Shown: positions 12,867 through 28,373 of the stretch, one piece after another | Layout: each line of letters begins with the position of its first letter | How positions within the stretch are numbered: position 1 is the stretch's first letter | The notes under the pieces: generated by a model | What the model was told of the DNA's origin: nothing | Seen by the model: the letters and a program-made list of their open reading frames with translations, nothing else | The model's database searches: none | Assembly (NCBI GenBank): GCA_951406725.2 | Contig: OX597834.1 | Coordinates: 39,246,001 to 39,310,000, forward strand | DNA from: Octopus vulgaris | Taxonomy: Eukaryota | Length of the DNA stretch: 64,000 bases | Direction of reading: 5' to 3' | Position numbers and translations under genes: made by a program

Positions 12867-13819
12867 CATGTATAAAGTGTGTGAGTACAACCAAACCGCT
12901 TGTGCCCATTAATCCCCAGAGACGTCACTGAACACATGACCCCCAATGACCCAAGTTTGTTACACACAACCCACCTTTGAACTCCCCCCTATAGTTTTGT
13001 GGGATTTTTGGTAAGATGTGTGTAGTTATTGTTGTTGTTGCTGCTATTATTATTGGTGGTGATGGTGGTGATGTTGATGGTTGTAGCGGTGTGTGTATGT
13101 GAGTGTGTGTGTGTGTGTGTATTGGTGTGGGTGTGTTTTTAATTTTTTTTTTTACAGTAAAGTTACTTCAAGCCAACCGCACATATCTTGGCAACTCACG
13201 GTTTTTCAGCGAGAAATAATAATAATAATAATAAAAATAATAATGATAATAATGGTGAAACTATGATAATGGTGATAACGAAGTGAAGTGAAAAAATAAA
13301 TTTTTTTTTTCTAAATTTAATGTTTAAAAAGTAATACAAATATGAAATATATAAAAATAAAATAAATAATCACTTTGCTTGGATATGTTTATTGTTGTTG
13401 TTGTTGCTGTTGTTAACATCAGAACCAAAGACCGCTTGCACTACCACCATCACCACTAACACCATTGCCGCCACCACCATCAGCTCTACCAATAGCGCCA
13501 CCAACATCACCTACAGCAGCAGCAGCAGCAGCAGCAGCAGTAGCAGCGCTATTACCGCCACCATCGTTTCCACCTACATCAGTGACATCACCAGCACCAG
13601 CACCACCAACACCACCACCACCACCACCACCAACCACCAACACCATCGCCTTCTTCACCGCCTGCATCCATTTCTATGCCATCGTCACCACAAAACTTCA
13701 TTCTCCTACCTTTGAACAAGTCTCTTAACTATTGTCTCCCGTAATGTTTTTCAAATGACCTCCTTGAAAAGTCTTTTGAAAATCCATAATGAAAACTAGA
13801 ATAATTTCTATATTTAATA

Positions 13820-14940
13820 GCCCTCCCACTACACACACACACATACACACGCACATATACAGACTAATACACATCTACACACAGAGATGCACATACACTT
13901 AATCAATACTACACATACATACATTACTTTAGTTAGACACAAGCACCAAATATAGTGCACACCAATGGCAACACGAAACCCTCACAACGACCTTTAAACC
14001 GTGTAGCTACAACACACATTATTCACAACATATAACACACTGCGCATAGACCATTACATATCATATACACCTCATATACAGTCTATAATACTACAAACAC
14101 GGCGCACCATCACAACGAAATACACACACACACACAAAACACAATTTCACATCTCAAACACATTTATTGTACAATACAACATGAATTATATGAAATATAC
14201 ACACCGAATAGAACACACAGAACACGTTGCATATACAATACACACACTTCGGTACATAACACATGTGATACATGGACGCACACATTACATACACATACGA
14301 ACGTGTAGAGTATACACAGAATAAACGTTCGTTATATACAAAATATTCTCATCTTATACACGCTGTTACACATACATTACACAGTCATTATACACATTAC
14401 ACACTCCTTAGACACGCATTACATACATATTACACAAATGTTACACACATGACGTACATATAAATTGCACACAAATTACATACAACGCATGCGCATTGCC
14501 CACATTACATACATGCATTTCACACACATAAGTTTACGTGCATCTCTGTGTACAAACGCATACATTTCATACACACATTTCACAGGCAGCCATTTTACAC
14601 AAATTACACATACGCATTTCACACGTTCGTTACACATGTACGTGTGACACATATTGCATACATATTACACACATATTGCATGCACATTACAGACAATACA
14701 CACACATCACACACAATATGCACATATTACACATATTACAAGCAGCAATACACATTACAAACATCGATAATACGCACACATCACACCTATTACGTACATA
14801 TTACATAAACTGTACACAGCCATACTCACTACACACACATTACATGTAAACCTTACACACACAATGCACACACATGACATACACAGATCAGGGATGCATA
14901 TTGCACACAGCGCATACATATTGCATACACGTATTTCACA
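13820..14940. repeat. degenerate CA/ACAT-rich cryptic simple repeat
   Basis: Recurrent ACACATATTACA-like units without a perfect period. Confidence 0.7.
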
Positions 14941-15414
14941 TTAAGGCATGAAAGCCTTCAGGATCCCTAAATTATTTTTTTTACCAACTTCATTACAAAA
15001 ATGATGCAACAGTAAAACTGAATTAGTTTTAATGAGGGGATTAATCAGTCATTAATGGAATGTGTGCGTGTGCGCGCGTATCTAGGTGTGTTTGTATGTG
15101 TTTGGTAGAGGTGTGTGTACAGATGTGCGAGCGTGTAATATTGGTGTGTAGGTGTGTGTAGAATATTGTTGTAAGGTTTGTGGATGTCAATATATCGCTG
15201 TATCTATAGGTGTGTGTGTATGTGTGTGTGTATGTGTGTGTGTGTGTATGTAGAGGTATATGCGTGTGTATGTGAATTTATGTATGTGTAGGTTTGTGTA
15301 AAATATTGTAATAATGTTTTGTGCATTTGGATGTGTAACCTAATGTGCACGTGTGCATGTGTGCGTGTGTATTAGGGATGTGTGAGAATCGTTTGCTATT
15401 ATGTAAGTGTTTGC

Positions 15415-15459
<45 letters not shown>

Positions 15460-16053
15460 CGTGCGTGTGTGCCTATGCATAAGGTTGTGTCTGTATTTGA
15501 ATGAAGACACTATTTCTGAGTGCGCGTATACGTAAGGATGAGGTATTGTATACTGTGTGTGTGTATATATGTGTGTGTGTGTGAGTGCATTACTGTAGTA
15601 TTTAATAAGTAACATTTTACACTGTGTGTGTGTGTGTGTGCGTGTGTGTTCGTCAAGGTGTGTATGTGTGTATATTTATATAAATACACGTGCGGCTATA
15701 TTCATGCATGTTTCTGTCAGTCTGTTTATAGGTATGTTTCTATGCGCGCGTGTGTGTATGTGTATGTGTGTGTGTGTGTGTGTGTGGTTCGCATATGTCT
15801 GTGCAAAATCCTTGCGTAATTATATATGTGTGTGCATGTGTATATGTATGTATTCATCTATATATCAAGGCGCGTGCACGTGTATGTATAAATGTGTGTA
15901 TGTGTGAGAGAGTTCGTCTCCAGGTATGCTTGGATGCATGTATGTTCGTTCGCAAATGTCTGTGCATAATAACTGTAAAATCTTGAGTGATTGCGTAAGT
16001 ATGTGTGAAAGTGTGTGAGTGAGTATGCATGAGGCAGTGTACATATGTGTGTA

Positions 16054-16097
<44 letters not shown>

Positions 16098-16303
16098 CCC
16101 GCGTGCGTTTCATCACAAGTTTATCAAATGTTACCCATAAACTTCAAAAGACGAAATTTTTCCCGTTGTGATGGCCATCATGAGTCGAGAAACGGGTCCC
16201 AGCTAGGAGACAAAACTTAAGACACAACACAGCCTTATACAAACATACACACACATACAACACGTACAAACACACACACACACATACGTATATACATATA
16301 TAT

Positions 16304-16347
<44 letters not shown>

Positions 16348-16423
16348 GTATGTGTGTCAGTGTGTATATATACACATGTATATACACATATATATATATA
16401 CATATATATGTATATATATATAA

Positions 16424-16454
<31 letters not shown>

Positions 16455-16799
16455 AAATTTATATATATATATACATGCATACAAACATACATATATATGC
16501 ACGCGCAGATACGCGTGTCTGTGTGTCACAGTAACAAATTATTATAACCCGCAAAGTGATATGAAATAACAAATATTTATTTATATAATTTAATATTTTA
16601 TTGGAAATTTTGTTAAGTTTTTATTTTTCTTGAAATTTATTTCAAAATTAGTTTCATTTTCTTTCTTTTTTTCTCAGTTTCATATTTTTAACTGCTTTTT
16701 AAAGTAGTTTTTTTTTTTACACCCGAACGCACGCACGTATATGTATGTTTGTATATGTATACATAATATGTATACATATATATATGTGTGTGTGCGTGC

Positions 16800-16843
<44 letters not shown>

Positions 16844-16969
16844 ATTCTTCTGGTCTCTTTTTTTTTTTTTAGAAAATGGGGGTGGTTTAATTTTGTAATC
16901 TTCAAGACGCAGAATTTCAAAAACTAAATAAATATTTTAATAAACAAGCAAATGTATATAATAATGATA

Positions 16970-17015
<46 letters not shown>

Positions 17016-17408
17016 CAACAACAACAACAACAAAAACAACACAAAACAGTTATATCACAAAACAACACCGAAGCGATGACAACAAACACTCCTGCCGCCA
17101 CGGTCAGGCCCACTACCACTACCACCACCACCACCACCACGACCACCACCACCACCACCAATAACAACAACAACAACTTTTATAAGCACCACCATAACAA
17201 CGATAACCACAATAGCTAATGGCCAAACAGCCTCGTAGCCAACCAATGGCTTGAACACATAAAAATAAAATTTTGTTTTGTTTTTTTTTAAATTTCAATA
17301 AATGAATAAATAAATAAATAAAAAGTGTTATAAATGAAGAAATATAGCAATAAATATGAAATAAATAGCAAAAAAATATTATGGTATAAAGAAGTATGAG
17401 AATGCTAA

Positions 17409-17521
<113 letters not shown>

Positions 17522-17714
17522 TATATATATATATACACACATATATGTGAAAACAATAATATTTGAACAAAAGACAATGATAGTTCGCCTCCCGGAAAAA
17601 ATAAATTTAAATAAATGTATTTAAAATATCAAATAAACTATAGAGAGAGAAGAAAATGAAGGAGGAAAAAAAGTCGTAACATTAACAACGGTAGCAACAA
17701 TAACAAAGGAGTAC

Positions 17715-17883
17715 AATAATAATAATAATAATAACAGTAATAATAATAATAATGATAATAACAATAATAATAATAATAATAATAATGATAATAATAATAA
17801 TAATAATGATGATGATGATGATGAGGATGATGACACTAATAATAATAATAATAATAATAATAGTAATAATGATGATGATGATG

Positions 17884-17929
<46 letters not shown>

Positions 17930-18149
17930 TGATAATAATGATAATAATAATAACAATAATGATAATACTACTACTAATAATAATAATAATGATAATAATA
18001 ATAATGATAATAATAATAATGATAATAATAATAATAATAAAAATAATAATAATAATAATGGTGATAATAATGATAATAATAATAATAACAATAACAACAA
18101 TAATAATAATAATAATAACAACAACAATAACAACAACTACAACAACAGC

Positions 18150-18208
<59 letters not shown>

Positions 18209-18240
18209 TGGTGATGATAATGATGATGAGGATGATGATA
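17715..18240. repeat. (TAA)n/(TGA)n microsatellite
   Basis: Read directly from the sequence. Confidence 0.95.
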
Positions 18241-18442
18241 GGAAACTATGGTCTTTGGCTACCACCATTGGGTATTTTGTTGAGAGAGAAACCTCGACGC
18301 GTTTTTAGTGATATGGGAGTTGATGAAACGGGCTGACAGACTGGAGGGGTGGTGCGGGGTGGAAACAAAAAACATCCATCCGTGCATCCATCCATACATG
18401 CATTCTTCTATGCATCCATATTTCCATATGTGTGCATGTGTG

Positions 18443-18499
<57 letters not shown>

Positions 18500-18651
18500 A
18501 TGTTTTTATTACTATCAACATTTTCCTAGAAGTAAGAGGGTGATTCAAGGGGCCGACAGTTTCGTTCGGTAGCATTTATCTGACTTTGGTAAGTGCCAGC
18601 GCGCGCGAAAGTCTCGGTCCTTCAGTCACTCTGTTATTTGTATCAAATTAA

Positions 18652-18693
<42 letters not shown>

Positions 18694-18759
18694 TTCATAT
18701 ATATTCATATATATATCTATATTTATATATACGCACACACATATATATATACGAATTTA

Positions 18760-18805
<46 letters not shown>

Positions 18806-18814
18806 CATTTATAG

Positions 18815-18966
18815 GTGGAGGCGTGGCTATGTGGTAAGAAGCTTGCCTCCCATCCGCATGATTCCAGGTTCAATCCCATTGTGAGGCGCCTTGGGCAAGT
18901 GTCTTCGGGCCGACCAAATCCTTGTGAGTGCATTTGGTAGACCGTAACTTAAAGACGCTCATCGTA

Positions 18967-18999
<33 letters not shown>

Positions 19000-19236
19000 G
19001 TGTATTTGTGTATGTGCATAGCCTCCACAACCACCACCACCACCCGCCCCAACAATCAGAGCTTGACAACCGGTGTTGGCGTGTTTTTATACCCGCGATT
19101 TAGCGATTCGGCAAAAGGAACCGATAGAATAAGTCCTAAGCGTACAAAGAAGTCTTCGGTTCGTTTTCTTCGACTAGTACTCTTTAAAGCAGTGCTCCAG
19201 CATGGCCTAGTCAAATGACTGAAACAAGAAAAAGAA
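18815..19236 (+). mobile_element. SINE family A
   Basis: Head GGCGTGGCTATGTGGTAAGAAGCTTGC and tail GTGCTCCAGCATGGCCTAGTCAAATGACTGAAACAAG. Confidence 0.85.
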
Positions 19237-19321
19237 TAATAAATCTATCTATCTATCAATCAATCAATCAATATATATATATATATATGTACATATGTAT
19301 GTATATATTCTTATGTATGTA

Positions 19322-19354
<33 letters not shown>

Positions 19355-19373
19355 TTATATATATATGTATATA

Positions 19374-19449
<76 letters not shown>

Positions 19450-20018
19450 TGTATGTATATGTATATATACTTATGCTTCGAATTCCATTTTTCCTGTTTG
19501 TATCGGCAAGCCTATATACGTTTATATATGGATTTGTGAGATGTACTGAATGCATGGATGTATGTATATATGTATGTGTATATATATGTGTGTGTGTGTA
19601 GATCTGTATGTGTGTGTGTGTGTGTGTGTAGTCTTTATAAAAAATACTCCTGTAAACCATGTAAACCATTAAAGGAGGAATCGAGCAAATTGGAGAATAA
19701 ACCCCAAATATCCAAAAATAAAAACAACAAACAAAAAACACACACACAAACAGAAGCAAAAACATTAACAAATAACAAAGAAAGGAATAGAAAAAATACT
19801 TTTTCCTTTAGTTGCTTACAACAGTTGTTGATAGTGTGATGATGATAGTGGTGGTGATGAAGATGGTGGTGGTGGTGGTGGTTTTAGTGTTAGTGGTTGT
19901 GGTTATGGTTGTGGTAATGGTGGTCACCTTTTGGTATAATTTGAACTTTCTCACCACACACACATACACATACACACAGACACGCACGCATACACACACA
20001 CACAGATACTTACACTCA

Positions 20019-20052
<34 letters not shown>

Positions 20053-20763
20053 TTCGTACATTTTTATAGCCGCCATCATCCACCAACCTCAAGTCATCAC
20101 CGTGACTATAAACACCACCACCGCCACCGCCGCCGATACCACCACCACCACCACCGCCGCCGTACCACCACCACCACCACCACCACCACCACTACCATCG
20201 TCAGCACTAACTATAACCACTACCCATAACGCCACTGCTACCACTACGACGACCACCACCAACACCACCACCACCACTCTCCACCTCCAATACCACCACA
20301 CAATATAACAATAACAACATCAACGCCCTTCATCATCATCATCATCATCCTCATCATCGTCATTCTCATCATCGCCGTCGTCACCATCATTATCACCAAC
20401 AATACGAAGAATCATCAATTTTTCTTCTGTTATTTCTGTTTTTTACTTTGCTGATTTTTTTGCCCCCTGCTCTCAAATTCTCCCACCCTTTACTCCGGCA
20501 ACCACTCACAGAATACCCGCACCCATACAAACGCTCACCATATTCCTCTGATTCCCCAACCCCAACCCCTCTCTCTCCCTCACTCTCTTTCTCTCTCTTT
20601 ATACACGCATTCGCGCACACCTATATACGTGTATGGATATGCGTGCTCACGTCTCTATATATGTGTATATGTACATGTATACATACATACATAAATGTAA
20701 ATATATACACACATACAGACATATCTACATTTATATATGTTTGTGTGTATATACATAAATATG

Positions 20764-20811
<48 letters not shown>

Positions 20812-21222
20812 ATACACAAACACATACACATATACTTGAAACAAATTTTACACATTAAAACAAAAGAACAAAAATAAAAGAATCCTCTATACAAGTTGAA
20901 ACGCATACAACAGACACACACACACACGCACACACACACACACACAAACACACGCACACACATAAAAGCACAAACCGACACCTACACGCATTGCAAAATT
21001 CCCCACCATCACCACCACCATCGCCACCATCGCCATCATTACCGCCATCACCACCGCCACCCAAATCATAAACAGTAAACAATAAACACAAAAACAACAA
21101 CCAACCAACCAGCCAAACAAACAAACTAACAACAACGAAAACAACATCCATCCCCACCCCACAAACACCCACACACGATACGAAAGTATCGGCCATCGTT
21201 ATGACTTTTATATTTCTTCGCC

Positions 21223-21228
21223 ATTACT

Positions 21229-21260
<32 letters not shown>

Positions 21261-21268
21261 TATCATAA

Positions 21269-21306
<38 letters not shown>

Positions 21307-21315
21307 GTTATTATT

Positions 21316-21365
<50 letters not shown>

Positions 21366-21447
21366 ATATTATTATTATTATTATTATCATCATTATTATT
21401 ATTATTATTGTCATTATTATTATTATTATTATTATTATTAATATTAA

Positions 21448-21489
<42 letters not shown>

Positions 21490-21546
21490 CATATTATTAT
21501 TATTATTATTATCATTATTATTATTATTAATATATTATTATTATTA

Positions 21547-21580
<34 letters not shown>

Positions 21581-21594
21581 CATTATTATTATTA

Positions 21595-21637
<43 letters not shown>

Positions 21638-21651
21638 CATTATTATTATTA

Positions 21652-21716
<65 letters not shown>

Positions 21717-21762
21717 ATTATTATTGTTGTTGTTGTTGCTGTTGTTATTATTATTATTATTA
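21223..21762. repeat. (TTA)n/(ATC)n microsatellite
   Basis: Read directly from the sequence. Confidence 0.95.
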
Positions 21763-21908
21763 TTTGCTTCTCCTCCTGTTTTGTTGCCGCCATTGGTACA
21801 CACACAGGTTACATATTAATTTTTGATAGTTTGTCGCAATTTACAAAGGAAGAGGGAGGGGAAGAGGAGGGGGAAAAAGTTCTTTTATTTTGTTCGTTGT
21901 CTCTCTCT

Positions 21909-21960
<52 letters not shown>

Positions 21961-22588
21961 CATCCCTGAAGACAGAAACTAACAAACGAAGTCGAAACAA
22001 CAATAGAGAAAAAAACCCAAAAAATCTAACAAAACAAACACAAAACAAAAAAGGTTATTTCTTTGTTTTTTTTCTCCCCCTTATTTATTTATTTAATTAT
22101 TTTATTAATTTTAAATGTCCCTTTCGTTTCAAATTTTCTTGTATCGTCTGTCTTCGTTTTCTGCTTTTTATTTGGTCTTTTTTTTTATGCTGTCGTTGTT
22201 TGAGTATTTGTGTATTTGTTTGTTTGTTTGTTGTTGTTGTTACGTTATTGTGAAGGTAGAGTAGGAGGGAAACGGGAGGGAGAGAGAGGTGGGAGGTGGA
22301 GGACGAGGAGAATTCCCTTGAAGTGGCCTCCATACATTGGCACCGTGTTGTCATGTTGGAGGCAGCAGACGTATGAAAATCGAGGAATGATGAAAATACG
22401 CAAACGCACACACACACACACGCATACACACACACACACACATGTATGCATACATACATACACACACACATACATACATACATACATACATACATACATA
22501 CATACATACATACGCACAAGCACATAAACACACACACACATGCAAAAACAAGTAGAAACTCGCCTGCACTAGGCCACACACATACATG

Positions 22589-22630
<42 letters not shown>

Positions 22631-22694
22631 CACACACATGCACACACGCACATACACACACACACACATATATGGAGAGAGAAAAATAAAGAAG

Positions 22695-22726
<32 letters not shown>

Positions 22727-23161
22727 TCGAAGAGCAGGAAAAGTTGCATTCTCCCAAACTGACACAAACATGCGACTGCACACACCAAAATGCACACACG
22801 TAAAGGTGTGTGTGTATACATACACACACACATATATATATACATATATAATACATAATATGTATGCACATATACAGTTGCAAATATATACATATTCATA
22901 CATATACTTATAAATACATACACAAACATACGCATACACATGCATACACACACAATTGTACATACACACCCATATCCTTTAGTACTTTATACATCTATTG
23001 TTACTCTATTTTATTGTTGTTGTTGTTGCTGTCTATTATTATTGTTATTATTGTCGTTGTTATAGTTTGTTCTTAATTTTCTTGTCATTTTTTTTTGTTA
23101 TATTTAAAAATTTCTATTTAAATATTTCTATATTTCTATTATTATTATTATCATTTTCATT

Positions 23162-23300
23162 AAGGCGGCGTGCTGGCAGAACCGTTAGCACGCCGGGCGA
23201 AATGCGTAGCCATATTTCGTCTGCCCCTACGTTCTGAGTTCAAATTCCGCCGATGTCGACTTTGCCGTTCATCCATTCGGAGTCGATAAATTAAGAACCA
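23162..23300 (+). mobile_element. SINE family B, 5' part
   Basis: AAGGCGGCGTGCTGGCAGAACCGTTAGCACGCCGGGCGAAATGC...GTCGATAAATTAAGAACCA. Confidence 0.85.
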
Positions 23301-23304
23301 GTCA

Positions 23305-23568
23305 CGTGACCGACCAGGCTATCGGGTGTTACTACACATCGCTGGTCGACGCCACACCGCTGGCCAAGCGAGCAGGCCAACAGAAGGAAAAGTGAGAGAA
23401 AGTTGTGTCGAAAGAGTACAGCAGGGATCGCCCCCACCCCCTGCCGGAACCTCGTGGAGTTTTAGGTGTTTTCGCTTAATAAACAAATACAACGCCCGGT
23501 CTGGGAATCGAAACTGCGATCCTACGACCGCGAGTCCGCTGCCCCAACCACTGGGCCATTGCGGCTCC
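23305..23568 (-). mobile_element. tRNA(Arg-like)-derived SINE family E
   Basis: Minus-strand head GGAGCCGCAATGGCCCAGTGGTTGGGGCAGCGGACTCGCGG...GTTTCGATTCCCAGACCGGGCG. A partial copy lies at 1436-1515. Confidence 0.75.
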
Positions 23569-23572
23569 ACAT

Positions 23573-23609
<37 letters not shown>

Positions 23610-23613
23610 CATG

Positions 23614-23660
<47 letters not shown>

Positions 23661-23709
23661 GTGTGTGTGTGTGTATGTATGTATATATATATATGTGTGT
23701 GTGTGTGTG

Positions 23710-23744
<35 letters not shown>

Positions 23745-24260
23745 GTATGTATGTATGTGTGTTTCTTTTATTAGTTCAAGCTTGAGAGCTGCGGCCATGC
23801 CGAGGCACCGCCGTTAAGTTTGTTACACTGTCACTACTTAAACCCTCCTCCTGATATGTGGCATTTGGTGAACGAGGCAGTTTCATGTCGCTGCCCTCTT
23901 CTGCTAATCCTGCTGTGAGGTAGGTTCATCCTGGACTCTTGACAGGTGGAGATTCAGTTTTACTTTGAAGACCTCTACATCCACTCCATGTAGGTCTCTC
24001 AGGCTTTTGGGGGCGATTTTGATGAGCTGCTAAAACAAAAAGGGGCAAATAGGAGTAAGAATAGGCTATATATGTTGAGAAATAGTAAAATAGTACGAGC
24101 AGTAAATATACACAGACATGCAGGAAGTAAAAAGACGCCTTCAATTTTCAAGATTTCAGATCTAAAGGTCTTAATATGATTTCAGCGGTGTAGAATTTAC
24201 AATGTACTTATTCTTTTTCATTCCAGGCGCCATTATATTAAACATTTGCGAAGAGTAACC

Positions 24261-24525
24261 ATCCCACGTACAAAAAATTCAGCAGAACTGTCAGATTTTC
24301 AAAGAGGTCGTATTGTTGGGCAATCTGAGGCTGGTCTTAGCCAGTAAAAAATTGACGAAAATCTTCAAATTCCTCTTGCTACTGTTAATAGAATTATAGT
24401 GCAATTCAAAAGCCAAGGAAAAGAATTGACAGATTCTCGTCCCGGCCGACCTGAGCCCTCAGAAAGGAAGCTTCGCTGTTTGAAGAGAATTGTGGAAAAC
24501 AAACCCCGTTCGAAGGTTTCTTATA
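24261..24525 (+). pseudogene. Tc1-like transposase N-terminal HTH fragment
   Basis: Translates as (I/M)[62 protein letters not shown]..., a paired-like HTH with the GRP linker. The start codon is lost and there is an in-frame stop. Confidence 0.8.
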
Positions 24526-25045
24526 TGGAACCAGCAAGAATTATATGGATCTCGGTTGAGATCCGCAGGATTAATTCCATCAAGGTGGTGCCCCAGAATA
24601 GCTGCAGTCCAACAAGCGGAACAAATAAAACGCTAAAAGATTTGTGCAGACGAAGTCGTGACTAATCGCGAGGGCTTTTAAAGATTCTGGTAGCAATAAT
24701 GAAGTAAAGATTCTATTAGCAACAAAGAAATAAGGATGGTGCCATAAAATATCGTCTTTTATTTGGCTCCACTCAGCATAAAGCAAAAAGAAGAAAAAAT
24801 GCTATCAGCTAAATATATTTGTTTTAAGAAACACCCAGATGCTTACAGAGATTCTATCAGGGTGAAATGAAAACAATCAGACTCGAATAAAGAGAGTAGA
24901 AAACACTTAGATCATTTTATCCGGTGCTTACGCACATAAACACTTGCTCACTGCGTACACATCTGCACACAGAGAACAGATATATGCATATATAGCCACA
25001 TAGCTTCATATGTATGCACATGGAGACCCATAAGCATACACACAC

Positions 25046-25104
<59 letters not shown>

Positions 25105-25623
25105 CATCTATCTATCTATCGATCTATCTATCTATCTACATATATACGGTCACACATATATGTGTGTATGTATATCTATATCAATATATATCTATATATA
25201 TATATAGTCACACATATATGTGTGTGTATGTATATCTATATCAATATATATATACACATACATTGTGTGTGTGTATATGTATATGTATATATAAATATAT
25301 TTATATATAGTGTGTATATATGTATATATACATATATAAACATACAGACACCCACCCACATGCATGTACTAACACTAACCTACACATACATACATACATG
25401 CATACATGCATAAATACTTACGTACGTACATATGTACCTATGTATGTACGTACGTCTGTATATATGTATGTACGTACGTACATATGCTCTTATACGTACA
25501 CAAAAAGAGAAAAAGAAAAACGACGAAAAGTAAAAATAGTTTACGATTAATTAAATATTTATAAAGATTTGTTCTAACAAACAACTGTAGCAAAGAAAAC
25601 AACATACGCCGAAAGAAAAATGT

Positions 25624-25700
<77 letters not shown>

Positions 25701-25720
25701 TAACAATAACAATAACAATG

Positions 25721-25766
<46 letters not shown>

Positions 25767-25789
25767 CAATAACAATAACAATAACAATG

Positions 25790-25847
<58 letters not shown>

Positions 25848-26197
25848 AGATGATGATGATGATGATGATGATGATAGCAGTGACAATTAGAATGCACCAC
25901 CCTAAACTTGATGCAGGAAGATTATGATTACCATCAATAGAGTAAAGGTCGCAGCTTTGACTTAGTAAAACGGTGTTAAGAAATATGGAATACCAAGCGA
26001 AACACACTACAACTGTTTCTGGAATGGAATAAAAGGAGGAACTAATAGGAAGGATGGACAGACAGAAGCAAATGTAGGAAGAAAACATTCGGTTTAGTTC
26101 CATTTCGTGGGACTGAACAAGGGACTTGTACTCTAACCTCGGACCTACCAAAGGATTCTGGGTGGATTTCGTGGACAGAAACTGAAAGAAGCCCGTC

Positions 26198-26239
<42 letters not shown>

Positions 26240-26244
<5 letters not shown>

Positions 26245-26440
26245 AGGAGAGTTTACGAAAAAAAAAAAAACAAAAGACGAAGACAGGTGGTGTACAAAAC
26301 AAACAGATGTATTAGTATAACGCTCAGGAATAGAAAAAGTCTTTTACGTTTCGAGCCTACGCTCTTCAACAGAAAGGGACACAGTAAAAAACAAGGAGAG
26401 AAAAAAACGTGTCTAGTGGCTACAGATCTATCATGGCGAC
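26240..26440 (-). mobile_element. family H1 repeat with minimal hammerhead motif
   Basis: The minus strand at 26341-26376 reads CTTT-CTGTTGA-A-GAGC-GTAG-GCTC-GAAAC-GTA-AAAG. Confidence 0.7.
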
Positions 26441-26539
26441 TCATATATATATATATACATAAATACAAATATATATATACATATATACATACATACATGC
26501 ATACATACACACACACATATATATATATACATATAATAA

Positions 26540-26916
26540 TAATATTAGGGAGTAAATCCAAACTTACAGGGAAAAATTAGATTTGGGATTAAATCTAATT
26601 TTACAGTATAAATATAAATTAAATTAGAGATAAAACCATTATTAGGCAAATCAAACAGTGAAAAACATAAACCAAAACATAAAAATAAAATTAATTAATA
26701 TAATATACAAAATATATAAAATATAAAATTCAAAATTTAAATGATTTAGATTTAAAGTTAAAAATTAAAAATTAAAAATTTTTAACTTTAAATTTAAATA
26801 ATTTTATATCTTATATATTTTGTACATTATATTAATTAATTTTATTTCTATGTTTTGGTTTATGTTTTTCACTGTTTGATTTGCCTAATAGTGGTTTTAT
26901 CTCTAATTTAATTTAT
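26540..26916 (-). mobile_element. Penelope-pLTR-like remnant with AT-rich palindrome
   Basis: 26540-26645 is homologous to the reverse complement of 1910-2017. An inverted repeat spans about 26613-26916. Confidence 0.65.
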
Positions 26917-27134
26917 ACATACATATATATAATACTGTACCAAGAACTTAGTTTTTCTCATTTTACACACACACGCCCATATGCGCAAGTACACACGCAA
27001 ACACACACACGCATGCACACACGCACACAGAATCACGCACACATGCGCACACACACTCACACACAGCATGCATGTACACACACACACACGCGTGCGCACA
27101 CACACACACACGCATACACACACATACATATAGC

Positions 27135-27325
27135 AACGTGCTGTTGGCGAATATCTTTTCCTTCTTGGGATTTTTACCGTTTCTTCTTTCCGATGAAGAG
27201 CTATGTTCGAAACGTCAAACTCTCCCTTTCCACCCTGCCTGAAGATAATACATTTCTTGCGTACGTTGTTATTCATGAATTTTTTTCTCGTTTATTTCAA
27301 TTGACTGTTTGCTTGAATTGACTTT
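27135..27325 (+). mobile_element. family H1-related repeat with hammerhead-like motif
   Basis: TTT-CCGATGA-A-GAGC-TAT-GTTC-GAAAC-GTC-AAA at 27187-27219. A related copy lies at 50000-50175. Confidence 0.6.
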
Positions 27326-27348
27326 GTATGTGTGTGTGTCTCTGTGTT

Positions 27349-27379
<31 letters not shown>

Positions 27380-27381
27380 GA

Positions 27382-28030
27382 AGAAGCTACCAGGCCAACA
27401 TATTATAGAACGGCAGCTACCCAACATGTCACGTATGTCAACAATATAATGAAACCATTGATCATGTTGTCTCCAAGTGCAGTCTTCTTGCGCCTACAGA
27501 GTATCTCAACAGGCATGATAGAGCAGCACAATATATTCACTGGGTAATTTGCATAAACATAGACCTGCTCCATGATAAAAACTGGTGGGAACACAAACCA
27601 CTTCCAGGGCTTGAAAATGATCACATTTCACTCCTCTGGAACTTCACCATTCAAACTGACATTATATTGAAGAACTTTAGACAAAAATGAAGTCACCTCA
27701 TTGATATGATTGTCCCAATCGATATAAACGTATCTGTCAAGACCTACCAAAAACTGAGCAAATATAAAGATCTTGAAATAGAAATTGGGAAAACGTGGAA
27801 CCTCAAGACTAAACCTCAAGACTTGTTGTCATAGGTGCCCTAGCAATGTTAGCAAAGGGAGCTGATTGCTACCTAGCTCAGATACCGGGAAACCCCAAAA
27901 TGGTAGAAATTCAACAGATAGTGCTCATGGGAACTGCCCATATCCTACGTAAAATACTGTCTAGGTAGCAAGCCCACTACGTATGTAAGACTCCATGAGC
28001 TCCAACAAAACCCGTGATAAAGAGAAATAA
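27382..28030 (+). mobile_element. 5'-truncated RLE-type non-LTR retrotransposon (R4/Dong-like), decayed ORF plus 3' UTR
   Basis: Translates to CHVCQQYNETIDHVVSKC (CCHC knuckle), RHD, LLWNFTIQTD, LIDM, KLSKYKDL, VVIGAL and MGTAHILRKILSR* (stop 27966-27968). It has stops and a frameshift and runs into (TAA)n. Confidence 0.9.
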
Positions 28031-28038
28031 CAATGATG

Positions 28039-28150
<112 letters not shown>

Positions 28151-28202
28151 TAATAATAACAACAACAACAATAATAATAATGATAATAATAAAAATAATA
28201 AC

Positions 28203-28255
<53 letters not shown>

Positions 28256-28282
28256 TAGTGATAATAATAACAACAACAACAA

Positions 28283-28358
<76 letters not shown>

Positions 28359-28373
28359 TGATGATAATAATAA

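Noticed and set aside
18530-18588. Possible micro-exon between TTTTCCTAG and GTAAGT
   Set aside because: All three frames contain stops. It could only be non-coding, and nothing else supports it.
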